A DNA stretch of 64,000 nucleotides from Ochotona princeps. Lineage: Eukaryota. Of this stretch, positions 49,689-61,409 are shown piece after piece. The stretch spans positions 24,658,445 through 24,722,444 of the forward strand of contig NC_080855.1 in assembly GCF_030435755.1 (NCBI RefSeq), written 5' to 3'. Below the pieces are notes generated by a model. The model was not told the DNA's origin, made no database searches, and saw only the letters and a program-made list of their open reading frames with translations. The position numbers and the translations under genes are program-made. Within the stretch, counting starts at the first letter, position 1. Every line of letters begins with the position of its first letter.

Positions 49689-50507
49689 CATGACAGCATA
49701 AGCAAAGGCCACGATGTTGACAGGCCACATGGGGCAGAAACACGACAGGATGGCAAGGATGATGTAGTCTCGAGGTTTCTGGGTACCTTCGCCCCCCTCC
49801 ACCCCTGCCAGCTGGGAGCTAGGGTGGCGGCTCAGGCTACCTCGGGGAGATCCCGGGTGCCCACCATGAGCTCTTCCTTTTCGATCCTCCTCAACCAGCT
49901 GCTGCAACACCCGAGGGGGAGCCCCGTTGGCTGGGGGTGGGGAGTGAGGCTGGGGGGCTTGGCCCTCTTTCCCATTACCAGCCTCGAGTGGGACCACTAC
50001 CCCATTTTCTTGCCTTCCCCCCTCATTCTTGGTCAGGCTCTCAGGGGTGTGGTCTTGGCTCAGGGATTCTGGCTGGACAGCCGGCTTGAGGCTGGGCTGG
50101 GGCTCCTCCGGCTGGGGAGCAGGCTCTGCGGCTGGCTCAGGTGGGGTCGCCGGCTGCAGCTCGGAGCCCTGATCTGCAGCTGGGGCCTCCCTGCTCTCCT
50201 CTGCTGTGGAGGCTGCTTCTTGGCATGCTTCTTGGGGACTGGAGTTGGTCTTGGAGTTCCCTCCTGGGCTAACACTGAGGTCTGTGGCCTGGGCTGGGGT
50301 CTCAGAGGTTTCAGGAGCTGACCCAGCCTTTGGCTCTCCTGAGTCCACGGGGGCCACGTTGGGGTCTGGGTCTGCCTGTTGGGGGGCCTCGGGCTGGGGT
50401 GGAACCCCTGTTGGTGGGGCTTCAGAGGGGCCTGGCCCTTCTTGCTGGGTCTCAGGACTCCTTTCCGCCTCGTTTATCTCAGAGACCTCGGAGGTGCTGG
50501 CTGCCAT
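49689..50507 (-). CDS. PRRT2: PRRT2 exon 2 CDS ([58 protein letters not shown]; ATG at 50507-50505)
   Basis: ORF track 49404..50804; proline-rich N-terminal half then first TM helix; matches human PRRT2; donor ATG|gtgagc; acceptor for the exon near 50537. Confidence 0.85.
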
Positions 50508-50879
50508 CTTGACAGAGGGGCAAGGGGAGAGGGGTCCCTGCGGGCGGGCGGAGGATGGCCAGTAGAAAAGGAAGCAAATCCTGAAAGAGGAGACAGGCTT
50601 CGTGTGAGGAGGCAATGGGCGCGCTGAATGCTGCAGCCCCAAGAGGGCCAGGCTCCTGTCTCCCAGCCAGCCTCTTGCTACCTCTAGGGAGAGGGAGAAA
50701 AGTTGGGGCTTCCTTTCCTTGGGGTGGGATACCCCTGAGGAAGGAATGTCTTTCTCCGAGGCTTTGCGAGCCACCACCCCCCGGGGTGTGGGGGGGAGAA
50801 TCAACCCTTTACAAACAGGACTCTCCCCGGGGGTCGTCAGGCCAGTAGAGGCACTGGCACCCCCAAATCAGACAGCTGT

Positions 50880-51800
50880 CCAGGCACCCGGCCAACTCCG
50901 CCAAGCAGACGGCAGAGGACCCGACACGCACTCCACGCCCTCTGCATCCTCGTTCTCCGCCTCTGGGAGTGCAGGGCTTTTTTTTTGTTTTTTTTGGTTT
51001 TTTTTGCTGCGTGGTTCAGGTTCCGACGCCCCCGCCCCGCCCTGGGGTGCCGAGGTAGCTCCTCTGAGAGCCCCTTCTTGGCCCCTCTCCTAGGGATTCC
51101 CTCATCCTCAGTGGGCCGGCACCTTCCTCCCCGCCAGGCGCCCGCATTCCCGTGCAACCCGCCCGCCAGGCGTCGGCCGTCTGTCGGTCCACTCCTACCC
51201 GCAGCTTCAGTCTGTCCCCGGCTCACCTCGACGCCGGCCTCCGGCCAGCTCCGCCGCCGAGCCCCTGCTGCTGCCTTTGCAGCAGCCGCAGCCCGGGAGG
51301 GAGCAAGTCAGCGAAGAAAGAGGGAGGCGACGGGTCTTCCCTTCTCTCTCCTCCCGTTTGCTCGTCCCCTCGCCTCCCGTCCCCTCCCCTACGCTCCAGT
51401 GCTGCGCGCCGCCCCCGCCCCTCGCACGCCTCCGGCCCCTCCCGGCCAGCCCAAGGGAGTCTCGCGTGCCAGGCCCCGCGTTTCCAGGCAACCGGCCCGG
51501 GGACCACTCGCGCCCCCTCCCACGCGCGCCTCCTGGCGGGGCACCTCCTTCCTAAGTCCTCGGCCCCTCCCGCCAACGGTCACCAGGGGTCCTGGCCGAG
51601 ACCCAGTGAGGATAAACGGAGAAGGGTCTCAGAGGAGATGGATGAGGACCTATCAGACTGGCTGGACTGGTTGGGGGCAGTTCCACAGCAGGAGGAGGGG
51701 GCAAAAGGGGCTGGCTGCATAGCAGCAGTATGGGGTTTGGAAAGATAGCCTGCAGAATGAGCGGTCTCCTGACGCCCCCCCCTCGAGGAAGCAGCAAACA
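50880..51800 (-). promoter_or_regulatory. PRRT2: CpG island, PRRT2 promoter and non-coding exon 1 region
   Basis: very CpG-rich block upstream of the ATG-containing exon 2; exon 1 boundaries not resolved. Confidence 0.5.
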
Positions 51801-52324
51801 GGTACTGGAAGGCTGGGACAGGGGCTAGGCTGGGGCTGCAAGGGTGGCCTGGAGCAGCACCAAGGGGCTGGGCCTTAGGTGCCTGGGCAGACTGAACCGT
51901 GCGCACAGCCAGGGGCCAAGTGCATCTTAGTCTGGACTGAGACTGCTCCTAGCCCTAGGGCCTGAGGCTTTCTGCAGCTACACTATCCACCAGCGCCTGC
52001 CAAGGCCTGAAGGGTGTGCAGTTACTCTGACAGGGCCAGAGCAAAAGCAAGGGTGCAGTGGGGCACACAGTGTAGCCGTCCACCAGCCATCTGGGCCAGT
52101 CCAGATTGGGGATTCCCCACAGAGCAGGGGGACCTGGAACTTGTTCGCCAACACCCCTGGAGTCTTGACCCTTGCATCCCAAATCCTTGCTACAGCTGGG
52201 AGAGGTGGGAGTGTGAACCATGGGCCACTCAGAGCTGAGAAAAGGTGGACATGACATCAGACCTTTGGGGGATAGTCTCCTGGGGCTGGGAAAAATTCAC
52301 TCAACCCAGAAACAGAGACAGGTT

Positions 52325-52330
52325 TTTATT
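52325..52330 (-). terminator. MAZ: MAZ polyadenylation signal (AATAAA on minus strand)
   Basis: plus-strand tttttatttaaa about 890 nt downstream of the MAZ stop. Confidence 0.5.
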
Positions 52331-53215
52331 TAAAATTTATTGTAATAGGGTCCGCGCAAAAGGAGGGGGTGGAGGGCGGGGGACATGCAGGGGACACAGG
52401 AACACGATGACACGGCCAGGGCCATAGCTCTGTCGTGGGGGAAAGGGGCGAAGAGACCAGACCAGGGCTGGAGCTGGGGTGGAGAGGGAAGGGGGAGACC
52501 CCATGGCTGCATTCCCCCTGCCCAGGAAGCACCTCTAGTCCTGGACCCTCTCATTTACCCTGGCCCCCTCGATGCCCCCTCCTGTTCTACCTCTGGCCCT
52601 GGCAGCTCCTCTTCCTGCTCCCCTAACCTCCCCCCAACAGATACTCAGTAAGTACCACCTCTACCTTTCCTGTCTGTCCCTTCTCGAATCTCACCTTTCC
52701 CTTCCCAGGACAGAATTTTTGATTCCCTCCTTCCTCTCCTCCCTCCCCCTGAAGAAAAAAAAAAAAAGAAAAACAAAACAAAACAAAACAAAAAGAAAGC
52801 ACCAACTCCCCAGGGAGGGGCAGCAGACAGTAGTGAGGGAAAGGACCGGAAGGAGTGAGGGCTGTGACAGAAGAGACTCGCAGCCCCTGGGAGGGCCGGG
52901 CAGGGGTGACAGAGAGGAGAAGGGGAAGGGCAGTGGCTGCTCCTGTCCTCTGCCATCCCGGCCCGTGGTCCAGGGGGGCTTCAACACAAACCAAGGGCAC
53001 AGGTGAGTGTAGGGTCATCTCTGGGGCAAGGGGGAGAGGAGCAGGAGACAAATGGTGAAAACCTAGCCAATCCCCTAAGAAAACGCGCCTTCCTCCTTCC
53101 TGCAGGAGGCTCCCGGGTGGGTGGGGACGCAGTGAGGAGTTGGTGAGCAGAGGGCTGAGGAGACTGTGCCAAAGCACATCCCTCCACTCTCCCCTCCCGC
53201 CCACCAACCTGGGGC

Positions 53216-53370
53216 TCACCAGGGCTGGGAGGGAAGTGGCTGGGAGCTCACGGGCACCCCCTCAGCCCCAGGGAGGGAACCCACAGCTGTGGGAGGGGCT
53301 GCCACTGCTGCTGCTGCTGCTGCTGCCGCTGCTGCTGCCGCCGCCGCCATTGGACAAACCTCGCCGGTAC
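53216..53370 (-). CDS. MAZ: MAZ exon 5, terminal (TGEVCPM-A14-VAAPPTAVGSLPGAEGVPVSSQPLPSQPW, stop 53216-53218)
   Basis: ORF track 53216..53419; acceptor gtgcag|GT; polyalanine encoded by a (GCT/GCC/GCG) repeat; matches human MAZ isoform 1 C-terminus. Confidence 0.85.
53291..53345 (-). repeat. MAZ: GCN trinucleotide repeat encoding the A14 tract of MAZ
   Basis: ctgctgctgctgctgctgccgctgctgctgccgccgccgcc on the plus strand. Confidence 0.85.
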
Positions 53371-54605
53371 CTGCACGGTGGGGAACACAAGAGCACAGTG
53401 CAGGCTGAATGCCTATCACCTCGCCCGTCCCCCAGACTGCTTCCCCAGGACACAGCCGTTGCTAACTTCCTGTCTGGTCCCGAGAGCCTCTGGCCTGCAT
53501 CCTCACCCACACAGAGCAGTTCTGAGGGGCCCTGCTTGGTCCCCGCAGTCTCCCTAACCTGAAGGACAGATGGGGGTGTCCCTGGCCTTCCTGAGCTCCC
53601 CTAGTGGGCCCTTGGAGCCCCCTTGTCCCACCCTCCCGCTTCATCCCCCCAGCCATGCCCCACGCCTTGCCTGGTGGGTGCGGGGGTCCCCCTCAGCAGG
53701 TGGGCTGTGGCTGGGGGGCGTCTCCCAGGACAGGGGGGGCGGCCCCCCCCAGATGGGTCTGCATGTGGCCGGCCAGCTGGGCAGGGGTCTTGCAGTGCAC
53801 GCTGCACAGCTTGCACAGGATGCGGTCAGCCCGCGGGGCCTGGAGCCCATGGTCCTTCACCGCGTGGATGCGCAGGTATGCTGCTGTGGTGAAGCCTATG
53901 GGGGGTGGGGTGGATTGGGATGGGGGATGGGGGTCAGCCAGGTGGAGACCCCAGAGACGGGGCTGTTCTCCCAGGCTGGGGACGCCCTCCTCAGATGGCC
54001 CTGTCCTCCTCCCCCCATATCCTTGATAGTGTGGGGTTGTCTGCCTGCAGCTGCTGGGGGGTGGGGAGGCCCAGCTTGGGTGATACCCACTTCTCAGCCT
54101 GGCCACCTACAGTGCTCCCTCTCCCAGGATGAGCAGTCACTGGCTCCTAGCTACTTGGAAGGTTGCTCCTCAGAAGAGACGGCTGTGTCCCCCCCCCAAG
54201 TACCCCCCAGCCCTAACCCAGACCCTCAGTGAACAAGTTACCAAAGAAAAAAAAAAGGCAGCCCTGCCATGGCAGCAGGTGCAGGCTTAGAGCCCCTGCA
54301 GAGGGCCTCCACTAGCCTAGGTGCTGGACACAAGAAGCTGTGGCTCTGCAGCAGGAAGCCTGCCTGACCGCCTTGATTGCTTCTCCCTGGGGCCTCGTCC
54401 CACTGCCCCTGCCCACCCATGAGCTGGCCTCTCTAGTAGATGGTCTCCCCATTGCCACCTCAACTTCTCAGAACTTGGTGACGTTCAGTTGGCCCCATAT
54501 TGCTTTGCTCGCTTCCCAATGGGCTATAGATGCCACGAGCTCTTGGTTCCAGCACCCGCTGGCTTCGTGCCCACCCTGGCCCTCCTGGCCCCCTGATGTG
54601 TGTAC

Positions 54606-54777
54606 CTTTGTTGCAGAGCTCACAGACATGGTGAGGGCCCTGGCTGTGCACCTTCATATGGTCCGAAATATAAGCCGAGCTCAGCATCTTGCCACACACG
54701 TGACATGGCACCTTTTCCTCGTGTCGTACTGTGTGCGCCCGCAGTCGGTCCTTCGTAGCAAAAGCTGCCTCACATTT
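54606..54777 (-). CDS. MAZ: MAZ exon 4 (KCEAAFATKDRLRAHTVRHEEKVPCHVCGKMLSSAYISDHMKVHSQGPHHVCELCNK; C2H2 zinc fingers)
   Basis: ORF track 54460..54810; acceptor ccccag|AAA; donor AAAG|gtacac. Confidence 0.85.
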
Positions 54778-55053
54778 CTGGGGAGGGGGGAGGGGCGTGG
54801 GGGGTGTCACAGGAGCGTTAAAGCTTCAGGGAGTGGGGAGCAGGGAGTAAGACTAAAGGCGTCAGCGCCTTGGGGCTGTGGGAGCTGTAGGGAATGGGAG
54901 TGAGATGATGAGGCCTTGGAGGAGGAATGAGACAATGGAGTGAAAAGGCAAAAAGAAGAGAGAGAAAAAGGGGGTCTGAGAGGCTGAACTGAGACAGCTA
55001 CCATGAGGATCAAAACCGATGAAAACCAGGACAGGAGGCGGCGGGCTTCCTAC

Positions 55054-55117
55054 CTCACATTTGAAGGGCCGTTCTGTGGAGTGCACTTGTCTGACGTGAC
55101 TGTTGAGGTGATCCGGC
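55054..55117 (-). CDS. MAZ: MAZ exon 3 (PDHLNSHVRQVHSTERPFKCE)
   Basis: ORF track 54862..56340 in frame; acceptor cccag|G; donor GAG|gtagga. Confidence 0.8.
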
Positions 55118-55474
55118 CTGGGGACACGTCGGGGAGCAGGATTAGGGCTCAGGGGGTGTGTGCGTCCCGGCCAGCGCACCCCTCCTCGCCTCCCAGGGCT
55201 TCCGGAGCCAGCGGGAGCAGGAAACCCCTCCCCTCGACCTCGGCTTCCTCCACCTCCTCCTCCTCCCACCCGAGGCTCTCCCTCCACCCATAGGCCCACC
55301 TCCTTCGCCAAGTACCACCCCCCGCTCCCTGCCAAGCGGAGCGCTCGCCTCCCTCCTCCCGGGGAGGGGCTCTCCTGCCCCGTCCCCAGCCGTGCCTGCC
55401 TGCCGGGTCCAGGCCAGCCGCCCCCGCCTCCCTCCCGCCCGCCCCCGGCCGCGGCGGCCGAGCCCCCTGCACAC

Positions 55475-56328
55475 CGGGAGAAGCTCTTGCCACAGTGGGA
55501 GCAGTTGTAGGGCTTGTGCACAGCGCCGTCATGTGAGCGCACGTGGTAGCTCATGCGGTCCTTGCGCTTGAAGCGCTGCTGGCACACCGGGCACTGGTAG
55601 GGCTTCTCGTCCGAGTGCGACAGCTTGTGTCGGTTCAGGTGGTAGACGTCGCGGAAGGCCTTGCCGCACATCTCGCACGCGTGGTTCTTCCGAATGCGCT
55701 TGCCCGAGGCCGTGGTGGTCACCACGCCGCCGGCGGCCACCGCGGCCGCCCCGCCGCCGGCCCCCGCTTCGCCCCCTCCCCCGCCGGCTCCGCTCAGCTG
55801 GGGCACGCTCAGGAGGCTCAGGGGCACCATGGTGGGCATCTTCATGGCCCCAGAGGAGACGCGGCCAGCCTTGGCCCCTGTGTGGATGGCCTCGTGCCTC
55901 CGGAGGTTGTAGCCGTTCTTGAACTCCTTGGCGCACAGAGCGCAAATGTAGGGCCCCTTGCTCTTTGTCTTCTTCTCCAAGGCGGACGCGACCGGGGCCA
56001 CGGCGACCGTCGAGGTCGGGGCGACGACGGCGGTGGCCGCGGCGGCGGCGGCGATGGTGGCGGCGGCGGCGGGGGGCGCGGCCTCGGCGGCGGGCGCCGA
56101 CACGGGCGGGGGCGGCGGCGGGGGCGCCGGGGGCTGCTTCAGGGCCGCTGTGTCCACAGTGGACGCGGCGGCCGGGGCCGGGGGCGCCGTCACCACGGCG
56201 GCAGCGGCGGCGGCGGCGGCCGCGGCGGCGGCGGCGGACTCTTGAGCGGCGGCGAGAACCGGGAGCAAGTCCACCTGGAGGGGCTCGGCCGCCGGGGCCT
56301 GGGGCGTGGGGGGGGGCGCCGGCGCGGC
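55475..56328 (-). CDS. MAZ: MAZ exon 2 (AAPAPPPTPQAPAAEPLQVDLLPVLAAAQES-A13-..zinc fingers 1-3..HCGKSFS)
   Basis: ORF track 54862..56340; acceptor ccgcag|GCC; donor CCCG|gtgtgc; matches human MAZ. Confidence 0.85.
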
Positions 56329-56416
56329 CTGCGGAGACAAGGCGCCGTGGTGGGCCGCGGCCGCGGGTCGGCGCCCTCCCGGCCCGGCCAGCCCGCCGCG
56401 GCCGGCCCCTACTCAC

Positions 56417-56608
56417 CTGGAATGGACTCTGGGCGCAGCCCTGGGAGGCAAAGAAGCGGGACTGGAGCTCAGCCCCGACCTGCAGGGGGTTCTGGGCGTG
56501 ACCCTGAGGTGGCGGGAAGGAGTTCATGAGGCCGCCCACCCCCCGGGAGTCCAGGCCCAGCACGGGGAAGGGGGGGGCCAGCAGCGTGCAAGGGAACACG
56601 GGGAACAT
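56417..56608 (-). CDS. MAZ: MAZ exon 1 CDS (MFPVFPCTLLAPPFPVLGLDSRGVGGLMNSFPPPQGHAQNPLQVGAELQSRFFASQGCAQSPFQ; ATG 56608-56606)
   Basis: ORF track 55529..56620; identical to the human MAZ N-terminus; donor CAG|gtgagt; five exons total 1437 nt = 478 aa plus stop. Confidence 0.85.
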
Positions 56609-57793
56609 GGCCTCGGCCACGGTGGGGGGCCCCTGGGGCTCAGCGGGGGCCGGGGGCGCGGGCCGCGCGGGGCCCGGGCTCGGGGCGCCGCCCCCGGCCG
56701 GCCGGGCTGGGCCGCGCCGAACGCATGGCCCGCGGGCCGCCCCGCCGCCCGCGCACCCCGGCCGGCGGGAGGGAGGGAGGGAGCGAAGGGAGGGCGCCTT
56801 GCGGGCCGCGGAGCGCGGCGACGGCGGCGGCGGCGGCGACGCCCCCTGGGTGGGGGCGGGAGGCCCCGCGGGGCCGGGGGCCGGGGCCGGGGGCGGGGGC
56901 CCGGGCGGCGGTGGCGGCGGCGGCGGCGGCGGTTGGAGCCTGGCGGGGCGGGGTGGGGGGAGCGAGGGAGCAGCCTCGGCCCCCGCCGCGCGCGCGCCCA
57001 GCCGGCGCCTCGGGGAGGGCGGGGGAGGGCGCGAGGGAGGGAGGGGGACAGCTGCGCGCGCACCGGGCGCGCGGAGGGGGGGTGGGACGGGAGGGCAGGG
57101 GGTGGGGGCGGGGGGAGGGGGTTGTTACCTGGAAGATGAAGCTGCTCCAGTTGCTGGGATCCATGGCGGAGGGAGGGAGGGAGGTGGCTCGCGCTCGCCC
57201 TGGGGCGGGAGGAGGAGGAGGCCGCGGCGGCGGCGGCGGCCGCGGGGGGAGGGGGCCGAGGAGGAGGCGCGCGGGGCGGGCGGGGGGAGGAGGAGGAGGA
57301 GGGTGGGGGGAGCGGAGCACTCTGCGCGCGGGGAGGGCGGGCGGGGGGCGCGGGGACACACAGGAGGCTGGAGCGGGCGCGAGCGCGAGCGCGCGCGGGG
57401 CCGGCGGGCGGGGGAGGGCCCGTGGCGGGAGGAGGGCCGAGGGAGCCGCCCAGCAGCCCGAGGCGCCCCGAGCGCGAGACCCCGGAGGCGACTGCTGATT
57501 GGCTGACGCTGGCGCAGGTGGTGGGCGCGCGGGAGACGGGGCGGCCTCGTTCTTCTTCCCCCCCCTCAAAGACTCCAGCCCCCCCCACAGCCCGCCAGCG
57601 GCCGTTATTCCGCGCGCACGCGCACAAGGTCGCCCTCGCCGAGGAGCGGGAGCGGAGGGGCGCGCGCGCGCCGGGGGCGGGGCGGGGCCAAGCTCCGAGC
57701 GCGCGCCCGGCTAACGGTCGCCGTCTCCGGCCTTCGCGTCAGCTTTTTGTTTCCTTTCGGCCGCCGTCTCTTCCCCTCCCCATTCCAGAGGTT

Positions 57794-57799
57794 TTATTT
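57794..57799 (-). terminator. KIF22: KIF22 polyadenylation signal (AATAAA on minus strand)
   Basis: plus-strand gttttatttac about 180 nt downstream of the KIF22 stop. Confidence 0.5.
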
Positions 57800-57979
57800 A
57801 CAATCCGGCGCTGGGTCGTGGTTCCCCAAAGATGGCGTCCCTCCGGGGTCGTTCGCGGAGCCCGTGGCCCGCCCACCCCAAAAATCAGGCCGAGGCACCA
57901 GCGTAACAACTGTATTTACACAACACAAGGATTTTCGCTGACACAAGGATAATAAAAATAGAACGGGAGGTGGCAGCAG

Positions 57980-58027
57980 TCAGCAGGGGCCGCAGCGCTG
58001 GCCGGCGGCGAGACCCAGGATGTTGGC
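57980..58027 (-). CDS. KIF22: KIF22 terminal coding exon (ANILGLAAGQRCGPC, stop TGA 57980-57982)
   Basis: ORF track 57980..58210; acceptor gttgcag|GCC; human KIF22 ends ANILGLAAGQRCGAS. Confidence 0.8.
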   Translation of the reverse strand, partial: ANILGLAAGQRCGPC

Positions 58028-58101
58028 CTGCAACACAGGAGGGGAGGGAGCCACGTTAGCGCGGGCCGAGCCGGGCGGGGAGGGCCGGGGCAGGACCTCA
58101 C

Positions 58102-58613
<512 letters not shown>

Positions 58614-59040
58614 TCACTCTCTCCAACTTGTGAAACCGCGGTGACACTAGTCCCTTTCTCATAGTTACTGTGGAGATCATTTCCAGTACAAAAGTCAATC
58701 TGTCCCTCCCCCTCCAGCAAGGAAGCCGCCTTCTACTCCTGGCAAAGCCATCCCCGACGACAGCTCAGTTGGGATAGTTCTACTCACCCACCCATGCACG
58801 TGTGTGCACACTGACCTGTGTGTGTGAAGGGGTGCCAAAGTCATTTTCCTGATTGTGCTCTAAGTTTGTAGCAAGCAGGTGCAACACGAGCCCCAAGGGG
58901 AAGGAGGCAACAGGTGTGGGGTCACACAGCCACACTTGTTTCACCCTAAATTCCCTTCTCATGACTTGTCACCAGGTCTCTCCCTACAGTTGCCCACCAC
59001 TTTCACTCCAGGGGTAGCCTGGGGCCACAGCTAGTCTCAC

Positions 59041-59108
59041 CTTCCGCTTCCGGCCTCTCTTCTTTAGGATATGGATTTCTGTACTTGGGGAAGCCGCCTG
59101 CTCCTGAA
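59041..59108 (-). CDS. KIF22: KIF22 exon (..QEQAASPSTEIHILKKRGRKRK)
   Basis: ORF track 58984..59340; acceptor tttcag|TT; donor AAG|gtgaga. Confidence 0.75.
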
Positions 59109-59395
59109 CTGAAAGCAGGAATGGTGAGCTGGAGTTAGGGAGGCTATCATTTTCACCCTCCCCGGCAGCCACTTGGGGAGAGGTGTGGCCTAGGGCCTCT
59201 CTTACACCTGTAGACACCCACAGAGTGCTCTCGGCTGATCTTGCAGCAGAAGCAGTCCTGCCTTGGTGGCCTGACCATAGGCTGATGAGGGCAGAGTGCC
59301 CAGCTTTGTGCCAGCTGTTCCTCATCCTCCCCACCCCCATGTTCCAGGCAGGACCGAGCCAGTTCCCCCAACACCCACACCGGACCCAGACTTAC

Positions 59396-59561
59396 TCAGT
59401 TGCAGGGGCATCACCACAGCCTTCTTCAGGGGGTTTGCGGCTGTGACTGTGCGACGAGGAAGGAGCCGGAGCGCTGTGGGAGAGCAGTTCTCCTTCTTTG
59501 GGTCAGTAGCCTCCTGTGCCAGCACTTTGGCCTCCAATTCTTTCTGCTTCATTTTAAGCCT
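59396..59561 (-). CDS. KIF22: KIF22 exon ([55 protein letters not shown])
   Basis: ORF track 59322..59552; acceptor caacag|AGG; donor CTGA|gtaagt. Confidence 0.8.
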
Positions 59562-59935
59562 CTGTTGGGAGGATGAGGCAGATGGGACTCAGACCCACCC
59601 TGAGGGCAGCAGGTTAGGGTGAGCATGAAAGAACACCCAGGCAGGACATGCAGGGAAAGCTGGCCGGGCAGTCCATTAAAGCTAGAACGGAATCTAGGAA
59701 ATTCAGCGTCAACATTTCTTCCTTTGACTTGGAATCTTCTCTAATATCCTCACATATGTCTCAGTTACTTTCACCAAAACAAAACTTTCCAGCACTTTCC
59801 AGCTCAGGTGAAAAATAGATTCTAGGTCCAGCCTCTTAAGTGTCCTTTATCCCATCTGAAGAACTGCCTCAAGGCCAGGGGAGGGGGTGATGAGGAACGT
59901 TATGTGTGTTCCAGCCCCCAGTTTCCAGCATGTAC

Positions 59936-60104
59936 CTCAATTTCCAAGTCCTTCTCTTCTACTGTCTTCATAAGCATCATCCTTTCTCGCTTGGGGGTGT
60001 TTAGCAGTGGAGTCCCTTGGCTGCCCTGGGAGCCCAGCAGCCGGTCCAACCTCAGAAGGCGCTCCAGCATAGCTGGATCCATGCTCCTGAGCTCCTGCAG
60101 GGGG
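59936..60104 (-). CDS. KIF22: KIF22 exon (..[56 protein letters not shown]; coiled coil)
   Basis: ORF track 59900..60199; acceptor gttcag|C; donor GAG|gtacat. Confidence 0.8.
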
Positions 60105-61409
60105 CTGAACAGACAGATGTTACTCCCGCACATCTCCTCAGCCCTCACCACACTGCTGCATCCTGCAGTTCCAAACCCCAAGGTTAGGTTGTTGGACAAC
60201 CCTGAGCAAGTTTCCTGGCCTCTCTGGACACAGGCTCTTTCAGGTAAAATACCTCGGGGCTGCCAGGAGTCTTGAGTGCCAGGTGTTAGGGACTTGAAGA
60301 CAAGACCCTGTGCTGGGGGCGCTTACTGTCTGATGAGGAAACTAAGAAAAAGGGAGACTACAGGGTTGAGGGCCTGTGTGTGCGGAGAGGCAGTCAGGGA
60401 AGGCGTCCCCGAAGGAGGTCAGCTCTAGCAGGCTCTGAAAGCCACTGCAGACCTGAGCTGCCAGGCCTTCTCCTGTGGGCAGAAGGAGAGGCCTGTCCCA
60501 GCAGGGTCCTCACATCCCATGCAGCATGAAGTCTCCCATCCTCCCCTTCCGCCTGGCATTTCCCCACCTCCTCATACCTGGTAGCTCATTTGTCAGTCAC
60601 TCTCCCATGAGGATGCCCCATGTCACTGGCCGTCCTGTTCGCTACCCTGTGGACTAGCCCCTCTGTCCTGCTGTCTGATGCAAGGGCCTTAGAGGAACAC
60701 ATTGGAAGCTGTGTGTGCAACACACCAGTCATTTCCTCATGGCTCCTCCTGCCCTGTCTGCGTGGCCTTGGACAAGTCAGCCCTCGTTATCTATGGAGAC
60801 AGTCATCCCAGAACAGCTGAGGATGCCAGAATCCCAAGATGCCAAGTCCTTGCTGTAACATGCCCCCAGACACTCCAAGACATCTCCGGGGGTGGGAGGA
60901 GGGGTCTTGCAACAGCTAGGACAGCGCCATGTAAACTGGGACCTGCTGCACTGTTCGGGGAGTGTAGACAGGAAGTATGTGCATGCGCAGGATGCAGAAC
61001 CCATGGATGTTCCTATCTTCCCCAAAACTGAGCACCTGAGGAGAGGGATGGTCTTGGCACCCCAGTGCCCAGAGGGCCTGTTGGGCAGCGAGCGTACTGT
61101 TCATGCACGATACCCATGGGCATGTGAGCTCAAACTCTGTACATGGAGCAGGAGAAGCAGACATGACTGAGGGGGTGATGAGTGAACTCACACTTTTTTG
61201 CATGCCACTTTCCTCAATGGTGCTAGCCCCTGCTGAAGTGTTAGGACTTAAGATAGGGCAAAGTTACAGCTACACTGGCTCACTGGAGTCAAAAAGGGCC
61301 CATTGCTAGGTTCAGAAAGCAAGAACACTGACATAGCACTGGTGGCAATCTCCACTGAGAAGTGGGTCAGTAGCTTAAAAGGGATAAAAGTAGAAGCAGC
61401 AATGTTAGG

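Larger units (their letters stand above)
55100..57900. promoter_or_regulatory. MAZ: large CpG island covering MAZ exons 1-3, the MAZ promoter and the KIF22 3' end
   Basis: about 2.8 kb with GC around 75-80% and dense CpG; runs of GGGGCGGGG and GGGAGGG motifs. Confidence 0.7.

Noticed and set aside
50985-51748. 245-aa and 198-aa plus-strand ORFs in the PRRT2 promoter CpG island
   Set aside because: They are GC-rich low-complexity (Pro/Arg/Ala), antisense to PRRT2, with no supporting signals.
52572-53219. ORFs in the MAZ 3'UTR region (198 aa minus, 144 aa plus)
   Set aside because: They lie downstream of the MAZ stop within the 3'UTR and have low-complexity composition. Sequence conservation there would reflect UTR function, not coding.
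55543-57627. Many long ORFs on both strands in the MAZ/KIF22 CpG island (for example 56524..57627- 367 aa, 56526..57506+ 326 aa, 56640..57569- 309 aa, 55543..56529+ 328 aa, 56306..57139+ 277 aa)
   Set aside because: Their composition is Arg/Gly/Pro/Ala low-complexity, typical of stop-codon-poor GC-rich DNA. They overlap the real MAZ exons in other frames or on the opposite strand. They resemble no known protein I can recognise.
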